A DNA stretch of 64,000 nucleotides from NCBI GenBank assembly GCA_000708835.1, contig DF237327.1:1-64000 (forward strand), in the 5' to 3' direction. Both the position numbers and the translations under genes were made by a program. Shown piece by piece: positions 45,964-59,843 of this stretch (the first letter of the stretch is position 1; every line of letters begins with the position of its first letter). Origin of the DNA: Klebsormidium nitens. Taxonomy: Eukaryota > Plantae > Klebsormidiophyceae. The notes under the pieces were generated by a model. The model was not told where the DNA came from. It did not search any database and saw only the letters and a program-made list of their open reading frames with translations.

Positions 45964-46688
45964 CTTCTGAGAGTGTGAATCCCAGCGAGCATGCACATGA
46001 AAGGATCAATGCACGCTGTATTGCCAGGAAACCGCTCCTTTACAACACCATATGTGCCCCAATTCCTGAGAAGCCCCAAAATTCTGGTGGCAAGGGCGGA
46101 AGGCAGCTTCCTGAAGAGGTCTGTTGATTCATGCAAGGAGAGGCCGCCCTGGCCCCTTCCACCCTTCCAAGTTCCAAGTTCCAGCAGTGCGCCTCTAGCT
46201 GTACGGGCAGTGTTGGAGAATTTTAATTTGAAGCCTTCAGGGAGGGGTTTGTTCTAACGGCTTGATCCGGCGGAAAAGGAGAGAAGCGGAACCCTTCATT
46301 CAGCAGTTCATCAGGATCCTCCGGTCGAAGTCGCAACTTTCAAGTAGAGTGAGAAGTGACCGGAGGGAGACACCGGTGATTAGCAGCGCTTCCGCTTCCG
46401 CTGAGAAATGTGGACCGGAAAGTAGGCAACGCAGAATATTGGCTCGCCAATATTCTGATTGAAATTCGGAAATTGGAGCAATGGAGGGCGGCGAACTTCG
46501 AAGTGGAGCATTTTGATGGCGCCTCTTCTTGTAAGATCAGCTGTGGTAGGACAACTGTAAAATTCTGGTTCTTTCCTCGAATCCAGTCCCTCTTCAACCT
46601 GAACTGACGAGCACCTGCACTACATGGATTTTGATTAACTGGCTGAAGCAGGGTGTTTGAAGTTTGAGCGTCAGCTGATTGTTTGATG

Positions 46689-47668
46689 ATGCCTGGAGGA
46701 AAAGACATTGTGCCTAAAAAGGATCCAAAGCAGATAATTGAAAGGATCAGGCAGGGGCTTCGTAAGTGCTCGAGTGAGGTGAGGCTTTGTGCTGTGGTAC
46801 TCGGGCGGCGATGCCAATGGTACTGAGAGGTATCAAGTCAATAACAGCACAGACAAAGATTGAAACCAGCATTGCCATGCTAGTTTATACAAGTTTCATA
46901 AGGAGCTTGATGTGTTAAGTGATGGTGTAGCATGCAAAGGTTTAAAAGCTGTGCTGGGTTTAAGTTTCTCTAGTTTACTCGATGCGACGCTGATACCCTT
47001 CAAACTGATCTCAAAACCTGAGGGCTTGTATGTGGCTGGTCCCTTGGTGGTGGCACCTTGCTGCATTCATCGTACTTGGATACGAGATATTGTGAAAGGT
47101 ATGGCGTTTCGCACCGGAAAAGCCGTAAAAGCTAGATAGTTCCTTTTTTGAGTTGCTTCCCTTCAGATAACATCAATCTAAAACTTTTAATGGAGTTTAC
47201 GATGTAGATCTTATGGTTGGTTCCATTTGTGACCTTGTCTGAACAGGCAAAGGCATACGGGACTTGTGTGGCTAGCAAGTTGCCGGAGGTGGAGAAAGGG
47301 CAGTGCGAGAAAGAGTTTGCAGCTCTGAAGGCCTGCATGCAGCAAGCGGTAGGTTTTTGGCGCATGTCACTCTTCGAAAGTGATACTATACTCTGCGCAC
47401 TTAAAGGTACTTTCCAAATATTGTCGCTGCAGTTGATCCTTGTGAACGGTGGTCAACAAGTATCTAGAAGGGCTGGCATAACACCAGTCCACCCATACTG
47501 ACCGCAATCGGTTGGCCACTAAACCCAACCAATTGGCCACTGACCGCAATCAGTCGGCCCCTCATGCTATTCTTCGCATGATTATGTAACAAAGGACGAA
47601 AAGTTTGGGGACTCTTTCAATCTCAGATGCAAGGCTATGTAGCTCCTAGGTCATCAGTGCCCCCTTGA
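46689..47668 (+). CDS. Small twin CX9C (CHCH-like) mitochondrial intermembrane-space protein, NDUFAF8-like
   Basis: Exon 46689-46778 spliced to 47247-47348 gives ...RKCSSEAKAYGTCVASKLPEVEKGQCEKEFAALKACMQQA, with two exact C-x9-C motifs. A third exon at 47627-47668 is probable (good acceptor) but not certain. Confidence 0.8.
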
Positions 47669-47841
47669 AAAGATGCTCGATCAACGAAATACACCCGTTG
47701 GGCATCCATGGGTCTCCCTAGAGTCCAGACCTGTCATAGACAGGCCGGGAAGTCGAGTTGACATCATCACTTGCTTGATTGCAGTTTAAAAACAAAGCAT
47801 AGGTGCTCTGCTGTGCGCACGCCAGTCCCAGTCCGCCTGTC

Positions 47842-50398
47842 ATGGAGTACAAGTTTGATGACTTCCCAGGGCGGACGCTGCACATACTTCTCTTCGAGCA
47901 AGTCGCTAACAGCAAGTAAGTCGCTCTTACCTGTCATAACACCGCAGTTGATTGTTTTCCTTGGATATGCCAGCACTAACATTTTTTTGCAAGTTTTCCT
48001 GTTAGTAATCAATTCCAGGCGTCAAGACTGCTTCAAAGAGTGGTCAGAATCTATTGTCGACCGCACTACTTGTTTGTCAGTATAAAGCGAACGAAGGTTC
48101 TCTCTTTTTTGCAGATTCCTTTTGGAGTTGCTGCAAAGTGCGAAGCTGGTGCCAGAAGTCGCCCTGATGAACGCAGCTCTGGTAAGGTTGCATTCCCGCC
48201 AGTCCGTTCGTCGCAGAGACGTCTCTTCCTTGATTGGTCGTAGGGTCCGTGAATCAGACCGATCGGGGCAATACTTCGGATGGAGTTGAGTTTGTTGGAC
48301 AGCTGTGATTGGTCATTTGACACTGATGTCCCGACTTTAGCAGGAGAGGTTGGCATTAAGTTCCGGTCCACTCCTATCATGCTCTGTGAGGGGGCTACCA
48401 GCTTCGTACCGTCATGATCATGGGAAAGGGCCCTAAACCCAGGCCAACCCAAGGTTGCTCAAGTCTGTGTTGTGAGGACCTCAAAGAAATCAAATCACCA
48501 GGTCTTGACCAAGAGAGCCCGGGAAGACGAAGGGGCGCGTCTTGCTCCAAAACATGATCACCTTGAATTGTAAAAGGCGTAGCTAATCTTCTGGGGTGCG
48601 AAGTCCTTCGCACAGTTTCCCCCTTGAAGCATCTAGAATTCCCCCTCGAGGCACTAGAAGTAGTTTGGCTTTCTCTTGGTTTGCTGAGTGCACTCCGGTT
48701 TTAGGATTCAAACGGTTACCAAGCAATCTTACATCCGCTTTTTTGCGGATGCAGATTCCCGACGGTTTCCCCCTTTTAGCGGCGGCCCACTCCGCACTTC
48801 TCACACAGTCGCGGGGCCAGCTGCGGTCCAAAACTCTGCACTCGGAACTGGTGCTGAACTACGCAGGGTCCAAGCACGTGAGCACCTTCACAGCTTCTCT
48901 TTTAAAAACCATCTCTCAGCGTTCCGCGGTTGCATTCAGGCGCTCGTCCAAGAACGGTTGAACGATTTGCGCAATAGAGGGGCGTCCTTTGCCTGGGCGT
49001 CAAGTTGCCAGACACGGTGCTCGAGCCAGGGTATTGGTAAAGGCGTCAGCTTTGATGGCTTTCTCTCTGGTTTCTCAACCTTTGGAGACTCTCTCAATCG
49101 TAGCTGACGAAAAAGGTGTCGACAGCTAATGTGACGATTGGACTTTGTTGCATTGGGTGCAATGTTTGAATCGTGGTCTCAAGCGTAGCCGCAGCCAGGT
49201 CCCTCATACGCTCGCTGTTGTAGTGCTCTTTGATGGACCAGTTCCCAAACAATTTGACAGCTCGTTGTTTCATGGGCACCTCTGGTGAAAGGGCTCCAAA
49301 CCATCTCCAAAACGTTTCAGAAACGCCATCACATCCAAAAGAGTCATATTCCTACTTGAAAAAACTGCGCTGGCCGGTTCCTTGACAGCCCGTCGACGAA
49401 CATGGGCCACAAGTTGAGCGCGTTGTTTGGCGGGTAGTCCTTTGTGTGGTGGGTAGTCTTTTCGCCAGCTCACAAGCCGTGCAGCTGTGACTTTTTGATC
49501 TACTGCTTTCGAAAACCGGCCATGAAATCTCTTGCTGGCGCTTGTTCCCTGACAGATAACGGAGTCCTTTCGAAGGATCGGTGTCGGTAATGACACGGCG
49601 TATCTCCTCTTAGCGCGTTTCGACGCAACCCCTGACGAGGTAGGTCCGATAGGGCAGGTCGCGACGTACAACACTGCCCAGTATTCCTTCTGCAAGGTTG
49701 CACCTTCTACCTACTTTGTTTGCAAACGTTGAAGCTGAGCTTGATGCACTGTCGCTTTCGTACCGGAGAGTGTTGAACGTAGCCTGCGAATCAAGTTTGC
49801 TTGCAACTTGCGTACTATGAGTCTGCACGAGTCTTCCTCCTGGCTACGCGAAATGGTTTGAGGGTTAATGTAACTCTGCCATGCAATGACGGAACCCATC
49901 AAAGCTCCTTGAAGCATGTTGTCGCTAGCTGAAATTTGCGGTCTCTGTCTTGGCACAGATGCATGCTGCGAGAGCTCTTGTCGATGGGACCGAGGTTGCG
50001 TTGACGGAGCTCGAAGCTCGAGCGGACCGGGATCTTATCCAAAAGGTGCGGTTGGTTCTATTCTGGACATGCTCGCAACGGCCCTCAAGAAGCGCTTGTT
50101 TCTGGACAGTTTGGTTTCAAGGGACCTTGTGCATCTGGACCGAATTTGCCTTTGTTTCGGCTGTGCTTTTCTTTTAAGGGCTGCTGTGACGATGAGCAGA
50201 TGGCCACTGTGACCTGGACAGACATTTCTCCTTCAGTTGCCTTGCTCGTTGCCTTGCTCATTATTCAAACCATTGGCTTGTTTGTTGATGCAATTCTTCT
50301 GCGCCTTTTCGCAGACGTTCAAGTTAACGGCACAAGAACTTCAGGTCTCGTCCTTAGCAGACGCCATTGTTTTCCGACAAGCGGTGTCTGCTTGTTGA
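47842..50398 (+). CDS. CGI121: EKC/KEOPS complex subunit CGI121/TPRKB
   Basis: Six in-phase exons (47842-47915, 48115-48181, 48755-48877, 49556-49639, 49959-50045, 50315-50398) encode LHILLFEQVANSK, IPDGFPLLAAAHSAL...SKTLHSELVLNYAGSKHITESFRRIG, YLLLARFDA and SLADAIVFR, matching plant CGI121. Confidence 0.93.
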
Positions 50399-51755
50399 GG
50401 AAGCACTGAGGGTTATGGAACCGAAAAGAATCAAATGACTGCACTGTTTAGCAGGTGCTATTACCAGCAGATCTGCATCCAATGTCGAAATAGGTTGGCG
50501 GCAGATTATCTTGCTATTAAGACGAATCTGGTAGTTCCTGCGGACATTCTTGGACGGAAAATCTGATAGAGTTGTGTTGGACGGTCGATTGGCCTGCGTG
50601 AAAGCTTTTCATCATGGCTTGGGAGGCTAGCCTAGTTCCGACGCAGGTCGTGAGCCTCGGAGTGCACGAGTATGATCGATTTTGCTCTGCTTTGGTCAGA
50701 CAACCTACATCTAATATAAGGCTTAGGTAGTTCTCAGGCCACTGCGCATGCGCATTTTATCAGACCTAATGAATGATACGTGCCGGCGAGAATGCAGTGC
50801 GTGTGGATTCATTCGATAGCGTTCTTCTTAACATGTCACTGTTCTGCGCTCCAGGGCGGCTAGTAGCCATGCTCAAGACCCCGCGGTTCCATCCATCCCG
50901 GATCGCCAATCCGGATATCAATTGCCGCGTCATATCAGTGCCCGGCTGCCGCGGCATATATGCACACTATAATTGATTGAAATTGCGTACATGGTCAATA
51001 TCTACGATCATGCCCACTAACTCATGTGCACAGTTGACAATCAGTCATATATACATAGATTTGCTATAGCTGATCATCCAGGCGCGCGCTCAGCTGGGAT
51101 CGACCCGGCCGTCGATCCACAGTACAATATTGACCACAGGCCGCAGCCTGCACATGCATGCATGATAATACTATAGCAATGCAGTACGTTCAACCTAGCA
51201 AGCTAGCATGCATGTGTTACTTTATAATCAAGTGGACGCGCAAGCTCGAGCACCTCAACCCTCTTCACAGATACAAAAACCCGCGACATACCGATTGACT
51301 CTGACGTGAATCAGGATCAGTGAACCATCAATCCTTGCTGCCATTTAGTGATCCACAACAGTAGTCATGATTGTGTTTTTGCTACTTTTTTGAAATCGGT
51401 AACGAGGGTGACAAGTGGAAATATAAACGTCTTGGTTGATGAGCATGCCCATATTGTTGAATTGTAGACAGCTGCCCTCAATTGTCTTTGCAAGAACAAG
51501 CTAGAAAGGCACACATCCAGCTGCTTAGCTAGTCATGCAGCCCAAAAGTGCTTCACCTAACATATCAAAGTTCACAACCTGCACTTCGTGCTAATCTTGG
51601 TTCTCCGCATACGTTGACAGCCCATTGGGTATGAGGCCGGCAGTGATCCTGCGTGCCTGCCAATGTGAGCGTGCCACACGTCTTGAACCCGGTGATATCC
51701 CCCGAGTCTTACCCCAAACATGCGGCAACAGTCTTTCTTATCGCTACCCCACCTA

Positions 51756-54700
51756 TTACTTCTTCCCCAGGCACGCTGGGCACTTGTATTGCTTGATGTG
51801 CTCAGCCTTTGCAGGCGTGATCTTCACGCAGCGACCATGGTACCTGTATTATTGAACACAACAGTAAACAGTAAGGCGTCCAATCCTGACTGACAGATTT
51901 TCGGACAATTCAAGCTTAGCGTTCAGTATCAGATGCTAGCACTGAACTATGCGCCATCATTGGCATAGCAGGGCCTCCTCCTACAGCATTACAAGCTCGC
52001 AATTACCTCCCCCAATAGCAAAAGCTTGCTCTAGCAAACTTCAAGAGAATCTAATTCAATGGATTCTCCTGGCAAGAGACTGCTCCTTCTTTTATAAAGA
52101 GGGCACCTACAGCAGAACACCTCCCCGCAGAAGCAGGCACTGAAAGGACCACTCACCACTTCTCGCAGATGTCGCAACCTATCCAGAACTCGGACTGCGA
52201 GTAGGGCCCGCCGCAGATCCCGCAGAACGTCTCGTCGTCCTCTTCCTCGTCGTCCGTCACTGTCTTTTGCTTCTTACTCTGGTGCTCTCCGCTCTTCTGC
52301 CGGGGGACACCAGAAAACCAGCAAACTGCGTTAGCTACCGGTGTTGCTGTGCTCATGAACTCTGGTGGCAAGTCTTTTTTGTTCTTGGAACGATGCTGAA
52401 TCTGTTTTGAAAGTACACCTGCTAGAAAAAGCTCTCACAGTTTGGGTGCAGGTATTGGCTTTGGACAAGCAGGTCACCGATGCAGGTGACCGGAAGGACG
52501 GTTGAGTGAAAAAACGGGGAACGAGGGTCTGGGGAGAGGACACTCGAGACAGAATCTAGCAGATGTCAAGAATCTGCACAGTTGATTGATTTCTGATAGA
52601 TAGGATCTGGGCCCTTGCCACTAAAACGATCAGTCAGCCTGCTCCGCTTCCTATATTGAGACCACCTCTTGGACCATTGTTGAACCAGACCAATACTCAG
52701 GTCTTCTTCAGCCACAGGAATCCGATGCAATCCCCCAGTAGAGACAGGATCCCCCCAATGAGCTCACTGGACGGTCCACATCGCCCACTTCTGTCGCTTC
52801 TGGCGATTAAGCTCAAAGCTTCATTGCAAGCTTGCTTCAAAAAATACACCAACTCTGAAGACACCAGACACTAGCCCCTTAAGTGGAGTGATGGTCTGCT
52901 GTGACAAGGGCTAAACGATCTTGCACGCCTTACAGCAGGTACGCATCTAAGCCGCTCTTCACAGTGCCTGCCTCGAGTCCTCAAATGCCAGAGCTACCAC
53001 AAATATATCCAGCCTTGGCCATTTCATTGCAGACCAGGCACACTGACTGTAGCAATTGGAGCCCCCTCTGACAGGCTGTCCCATTTGAAAGCGTCTGCCT
53101 TTAATCAGATCCACCTCTAGCAAACAACAGTTCATCAATTTTGGAGCGTTGTCTGCCAAGTGCATCCACAGTGTCGTGCCTAGGATGCTGAAATCCAAGA
53201 GCCTTGTGAAAACTGCTGAGCGATACTTCCAAAGTACTGGCTCTCAGGCGCTCTGCTCTCCGTGCCAAAGCAGTGCCAAGTGCATCCCAAGGGGCTCTCC
53301 ATCTTATTTGCTGCCAATGGCCATCTGATCAAGCATGTGTCTAAGAGCAATTGCACAGATTATGCTGAGGAAGTGCCTGCTGAGAACTTCCCCGACCTAC
53401 ACTCTTTGAATTATTGGTAGACGTGCACTAATTTGCTGGGGGATGTGCAGACCTCATATTGCACCAAACATACTATGCAGCAGACCCAAGGAGTCCACTG
53501 CAAGACTGACTGATATTACCAGTTTGTGAATTGCCTCCATTTCTTTTGCTTGCAGTCAGAAGCATCGGTTTCAAAATCTGCACCAACAAGCAACAGCATG
53601 TGAAATGGCGAGCAACCTGCTCACCTTCGTACTGTTCTTCGACTTGTTACTCTTTGCATCATGCTTGTCTCCCTTGGGCGCCTTCTTTCCGGTCACAGTG
53701 TCAAACACAGTCGGGAGCTCGTTGATGAGGACAAAGAGCCGCTTCCTGCAACAGTGCTGCTCGTCAGTAAAGCACCAGGCAAGCACTTCACTTCAAACTG
53801 GCCAACAATTAAGCATCCAAAGTACAGACCGCAAGGCAAATTGTAATCAGATTGACCAGAAACGCTTTAAATTGGATCAGAGATTCTCATTGCTTTTTTG
53901 TATGGATTGCTACCAACAAACTGCAACGAGCCTGGATAAATGCATCCTTTGTGTCCGTTCAAGGTCAAAAGCACAACCTAGAAGGGCATAGCGATCCTTG
54001 CAGGAAGAGCCAAACTCGTTCTGAAATAATAATCAGCAGGCGCCATCAAAACATGGCTGCCTAATGCGATCTCACCTTTCAAACTTATCGAACCGGGCCC
54101 CGTAGTAGAAGGCCACTGCCAGCAGCCACGCATCGCTGTGCACGGCCACCAGAGAAAGCCAGTCTTTTCGCTGCATGCCATCCCTTGCAAAGTTGATACC
54201 TAGCGCGGGCTCAGGCAGCTCTGGGGGGACTTCCTCAGCAGGAAGGTTGACTTCCCAGGAGCCGTCAGGGAAACCATACAAGCAGAGATTCTCCTTCTCT
54301 GGATCACATTGCCGATAGAACTGCTCTTCCTCTGCACACGGCGACAAGCAAAGATTAGCAGGCTCAGATGGCTGCATGCCTATTTGCTGCCACACTTTGC
54401 AAGAATGCAGTGCGAGCAAATTTGTTATGAAAATGCTGCAACTTTAATTCAGCTGTATACACCGATTGTGAAATGGCAGCCAATCGGACTGATGTAAGGA
54501 TGGAAGCAGCTTACTCATGATTAATGACTAATTCCACGGTCATTTCCAGTAGCAATCACCCAAGTGGAATCTCAGTTATAAAACCGATCAAGATAAGTTG
54601 AATGTAGCATTTTCTGAAGCTGGATGATTGCATAATAATGAAAATACACAGCGTCCAAAGAAGTCCCGACAGCGGAAGATTTGCAAGTATTAGCACATTG

Positions 54701-55174
54701 AGCTTGCCCCCGGGAAAGATATGCAGAATTGTCCTTGGCAGAAAATAGGAGATGCAAGAACAGAGCCTTGCTTGTGGTCTAGATATTGCCTAGCAAAAGC
54801 TCAAATCAAGACAACCTGCGCAAACCGGAGGTGGAGCAACATGGTGGTAAAGGTCAGAGAATCACAGGCCATGCTCAAAGGCAGAAGCAGAAGAAAGCAG
54901 AAAGACATATCAACAACTGCCAAGTGGTGCTCTTGACCATGATAAATTGGCTGCTGCAGGTCATCTTCCCGCATTCTTGCGTGGAGATACAGGCAACATC
55001 AAAGACCATTTTTACCACACACAACGAAAGCGGCGAAAAGGTGACGGGGAGGACTAGTGCTTAAAATTTACCTGACGTCAAGGCCTTCAGCATTCCAGCC
55101 CTCCGGCCCCGAAAGTCTTCAAAGACTTCCTCCACTGTTCTAGGATTCGATCCAGTGGTTGCACCCCCTTCCAT
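51756..55174 (-). CDS. AL: Alfin-like PHD finger protein
   Basis: Exons 55174-55072, 54331-54076, 53745-53625, 52296-52157 and 51843-51756. [29 protein letters not shown]...[21 protein letters not shown]...AVHSDAWLL (Alfin/PAL domain), then the PHD CGICGG...[34 protein letters not shown]. Confidence 0.97.
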
Positions 55175-56899
55175 GCTGGGCAAAAGGGGCCGCTCAATAT
55201 TCACAGACGGCAGAAATCCCCCAAGAAGTCGCTCAGCACAAGCAACTTATTGCAGAAAGTCACGCTCGCAAAAGGACAATGTTAGCTTCAACGACTCTAT
55301 GAGAAACTCCTGCCGCGTAGGCTGGAAGGTAAACAAGATTCAAACTTATCGGCCTGATGCAGGTCCTAACGCACAGCTGGGGAAACTAGATTGTTGGATG
55401 CAGAAGAAAAAGACGCATGCGCCCTTCCTTGTATTCTGGCCTCCGCAACTCCTTTCTCTAAGAATGAAGGAGCAAGCAGATGGCGCAGAGCATTTCGAAG
55501 TTGCCCCCCTTCGGCTTTGCAGGGCCAAAGTTGCTTCGAATCAAGACGCAGTCCGTTCGACGAAACTTCGAAGTTTGAATTATGCGCAGCTGGCGACGCC
55601 CGGCCAGGCCCCGACTTGGGCTGACTCAGTCGGAGAAGACAGGCTCCCTCGTTCGACGCGAAGTGACTTCGAAAAATCCCGCCATGACTTCTGGATTCGA
55701 AATCGAAGCTTCATGTGTGTTCCAAGAATTCCCCTTCCGCCTCGAACTAGCATGGCAAGCTGTGATTCCACCCGACGCTTCCTGAATCTTAGCTCTATGC
55801 GCCACCGCATACTACGGTGAGTCGTCGATGAAGATCTCATCCATGATCGGAGGGCATGGGCTCACCCAAATCTCAGGTTAAGATCGTCTCGATCCATCAA
55901 ATAAATCAATAACGGCAAATGCCACATATATAATCTTGAATCCACAAATGACGAAACTGCCGTACTGAGCTGTGGACAAGGGCCTTCAGATGCAGCTGCA
56001 GGCAGCAGGGATTCAGAGTTTGAATGCCTCAAAGGCCTGAGCCTTGAGCATCCTACCTAATTACCGGCTCACGTTAAGCTCTGATCAGATAGGTTACAGC
56101 AATTTGGTAGAAGGGCATGCTGCTTCCAAAACTGTCATGAGGTCTTATGATCTAGTACAATCTTAACCCTTGGATTATGTCAGTCAGGATACCCCCGTGA
56201 ATGCGACAACCCCATCTCAGTTGGACCGTAGGTTGCAGCCTTGATCGACATCACTGCCCCGCGCTCACCGCAATCCCAACGCACATCATTGGACAATAAC
56301 GTGAAGCTGGCCCTAAGTGTGCAGCCGCTGAGAATGATACTCCATCAATCACGAAATCATTCGATCTGTTTTGTAGCTGAGAATGCGCATTTGAAACCCT
56401 CTTACCTCAGTGATTAAACCGCACAACTCAAGGGTTGGTTAAGCGTTCGAAGTCTGAATCAAGAGCTCAATTCACATACGCAGCGGGGCTGTAGTACTAC
56501 TATGATCAACATCTTCATCTACATATGCAATTGATTCCATCCCGCTCACGATTGCAAGTATATGCTTCAGGTTTGTCGGCCCAACATCAAGCATCCTAAG
56601 CCACCACATGGTGAGTTACTTGCATCCATATGGGTCAAGAATCAAGATCAATGTACAGTCCTAGACTAACACAACAAACAGTTGTCCGGTTTGTTTTTCC
56701 TTGACTGCTCCAGGTCGCTTAGCAACAAAGGTCAAGATGGTCGAATCAAGTGCGCACATCACTGGGCTCCGGCTTCTCCTAACATGTGCTCAGTTCGTAT
56801 CAAGGACGATGCCGAATAGTCAAATACCTTTCAGTACGCAGAGCAGCAAAGGAATATGCGTATGAATTCAAAAGCGAGCATTGAGAAAATCCTCCTTGC

Positions 56900-59843
56900 C
56901 TACTCCTTGGAACCTTGAACGCCCACCCATCGAGCATAGTCCACCCAACTGCAAGCGAACATGGCTGAGTTGCATACCTCCTCTTGTCAAGTAACAAAAC
57001 AGGACATTTGAATGCGCATAGATGTTTGCAACAAAACAAACAGTCTGGAACTGACAAGCCTTCAAATGTGAATACGAAAGTGGCGAGAGAAGACTCACAG
57101 CAAGGATCCCAAGAATGTGTTTCCCGTTCTGACGACGAAGCTGGAGACCCCCAATGCTAGCTTGTGCTTGTGAAGGAAAGGCTCCAGCACCCGCTGCTCC
57201 ACGACACCAGCCAGAAGTTGATACCTGCGAGCGGCCCGAGTTAGATTGAGCTAACAATGAGTCATTCCCGTGGAGAACTCGATAGGAAGGTGTAACAACA
57301 GATTTCGGATGCGCCTTCTTGGTTGAAGATACTCTGTGAAAGCCAAAAAGGTGGATAAGGCTGGTTCCGTGTCAAACGAATGGATGCACATGCCCTTCAA
57401 AAGAAAGGAACTTTGGATTAATGCAACGGTGCAACTTCTCGACCATCTGCGATGCTGTGACTAACAAGGCAGATTCGTCTACTGGATCTTTCTCTTCTTT
57501 ATTCTTTGGAACTACAAAGAATTGGGAAAAGCTTTTCCGTGCGCAAGAGGGTGCCTTTTCGGACTCACCGAATGTTGCTGGAGATGGCCATGTATGCACC
57601 GTATGCGACACTGGTCGAGATGACTGGCAGGTCCTCATTCTCAGCAACATAGTCAGGATTCAGAGCCACCCGGATTTTGCTCAAGCTGTTGGTCGCGAGG
57701 GTCCCAATCTGCAACCAGATGGCGCGTGATGTTGCTTGACTGGTTGAGCTCAAAGTAATCCGTTACAGAAACGACTTCAAAACAGCATGTATGTTGAGAC
57801 TTCGTCACGAAACTTTTACATTTGACTGAACCATGTTGAATCGTGTCAGAGAACAATCCGGGAGACAAGAGTAGTGGTGTGCTGGAGAGGAACGCAGGTT
57901 TGGTCATGAGGAGTGAGCTAACTCACCAAAGAGGCACCGGTTCCAACGCCAAATAGCTTTGCACCGTTTCTCTGCAGAAGTCAACATGAACCTGGTGGTC
58001 AAAAGCAGAAAATTGGTACTCCCAGGCAATTCCTTCGTTAAGCATTACGCACATGGTCAGCTTGTCACCATGATCTAGTTTCTCTCTAAGGCATGTATCA
58101 TTCAGAAAGATACAGCTTCGAACATCCTGTGGCTGCAAGCGAGTATCTCACAACAAACTTACTAGTATAGATCCGGCCCTCAAGAGTAGGCTGAAGTCTT
58201 GACCAGGCAAAGCCTTCTGCAAGAAGATGACAAGAAGACAATGGTCAAAAAAGCTCTGCATAGATTACCGTACTGGAGGCTCCTGATGTACTAGCAAGCA
58301 GCCTCACATTTAGACAAACAGCAACGATGGTTTTACCCCTTCACTGTGAACTATGAGAGACAGCTTTGCTTTCACTTGTCCTGTCTTGAGGCAAAAGATA
58401 ACATTGATGTTCCTAACAAGCACTTGAAAGGGACCTGCCTGATCCATTTTATGCAAACAGAAGCGACACTCTACCTGGAATGCATTGTCGGGGCACTTGA
58501 AGAAGAAGCGCATGATTGCATTGGATCCTAGCCCTGGCGCTGGCCGGAGTGCCACAGTTGGCGCAGGCAGCCAAACAAGCATGAAGTCAGCGACCAGAGC
58601 CATCACCTGGTCAAGTTACAGAAGGGCAAACAGTTAAGCCAAAGGAGCGAGGACAACTGGAGAAGCTTTAGCCTCGTTTGTTGGCCAGGAACAAGGACGT
58701 TGAGATTGCCAAAAGTTCCCTTACTCAATGTAAACAACAAGAGTTCCGGTTTCTAAGACCTATGTCTCCAAGTTGAGGTGGTGAATTGTGTTGATTACCA
58801 CTTCTCGGTGCTGGCAAAATACTTATCAAACGGCAATTCGAGGGGCAAGCTACAAAGAAGGGTGAAGATCTGCTGATTAAACAGCACAGGTATGACAACA
58901 CTTGAGACACGATACATTTTCTGCAGAGAAGGCTTTAGACTTCCAAACATACATTCAGGAGGTTTAGTCCAGAACTTACCACATCCGCAATCACAAAGTC
59001 CAGCTCCTTGTAGAAGTTCTCTCGCCGGCGTTCGTACTCTGCAGCAGTCTGGCATACAAGCAGAGTGCTGAGTTAGATTGCGCGCAACGCAATCAGGCAT
59101 GCAGGTTATCGGACTGTCAATCAAAAGAAGCAAACTCTCATACAGATCTCTTCTGTTTCGCAGTGACTGCAAGTTGGAAGCTTTCCAATGTGGACTCACT
59201 CGCTTACCTTCGTAAACATACCCACGCCACACTCAATGAGGACTTTTGTCAAGAACAGGTCATCAGCCAAAAGGCGCTCCCGGAATCCACTAAACCTTGT
59301 GAAGAGTCCAATGACCGGCGTGCCTTCCAGATCTAGGAACTTCTCGACAAGGAATCCTGGAATTGCGCCCCTCTCAATCGCCTGTGCAAGATCTGACGGC
59401 AGACTTTCCAAGCTTCTACTGGCCTCCTTCAGAACTGCAAGCGCTTCTTCCACATTCTTCTTGCTCTTTCCGTCACCTTCACCGCCATAGCTATTGTCTC
59501 CTCCACCCCCTCCGCCCCCAATTCCTGTCCCATCCACACCCCCTCCGCCCCCAGCTGTGACCAAGACATTCTCATCAATTGATGTCTGCGCATCTCCAAA
59601 GTTGCTGGCCATCAATCCGCGCACGAGCTTCTTGTGCATGATCTGACCCTGCTTGCTCAAATTCGTCAAATTCCACTGCGCAGCAATGACAGCCTTCCTT
59701 GAATGCCGCAGATTCAATTGTTTGTTCAGCACAGCTGGTGCTAGCATTCGGCCAGGATTGATACGCTCGATTTCATCTATGCTCTGCCCGAAGCTCAATT
59801 GAGGAAGTACACACACCCTCTGCAGATGCAGAGCGCCCGCCAT
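56900..59843 (-). CDS. RETICULATA-related (DUF3411) plastid envelope protein, RER4-like
   Basis: Transit-like N-terminus, poly-Gly tract, LPSDLAQAI, FRERLLADDLFLTKVLIECGVG, ADFMLVWLPAPT, PDNAFQ, RNGAKLFGVG, YMAISSNIRYQLLAG, VRTGNTFLGSLLWVDYARWVG. Eight GT-AG-bounded exons were traced. Confidence 0.92.

Noticed and set aside
49094-49956. Minus-strand ORFs suggesting a nested gene or TE
   Set aside because: They overlap CGI121 exon 4 and its introns on the opposite strand; no transposase or RT motifs.
55155-55840. 221-aa plus ORF and 86-aa minus ORF upstream of the Alfin-like ATG
   Set aside because: No family resemblance; they lie in the Alfin-like 5' UTR/promoter region.
59490-59560. (GGN)n / C-rich tract as a possible microsatellite or G-quadruplex
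   Set aside because: It encodes the poly-Gly linker typical of RETICULATA-family proteins.
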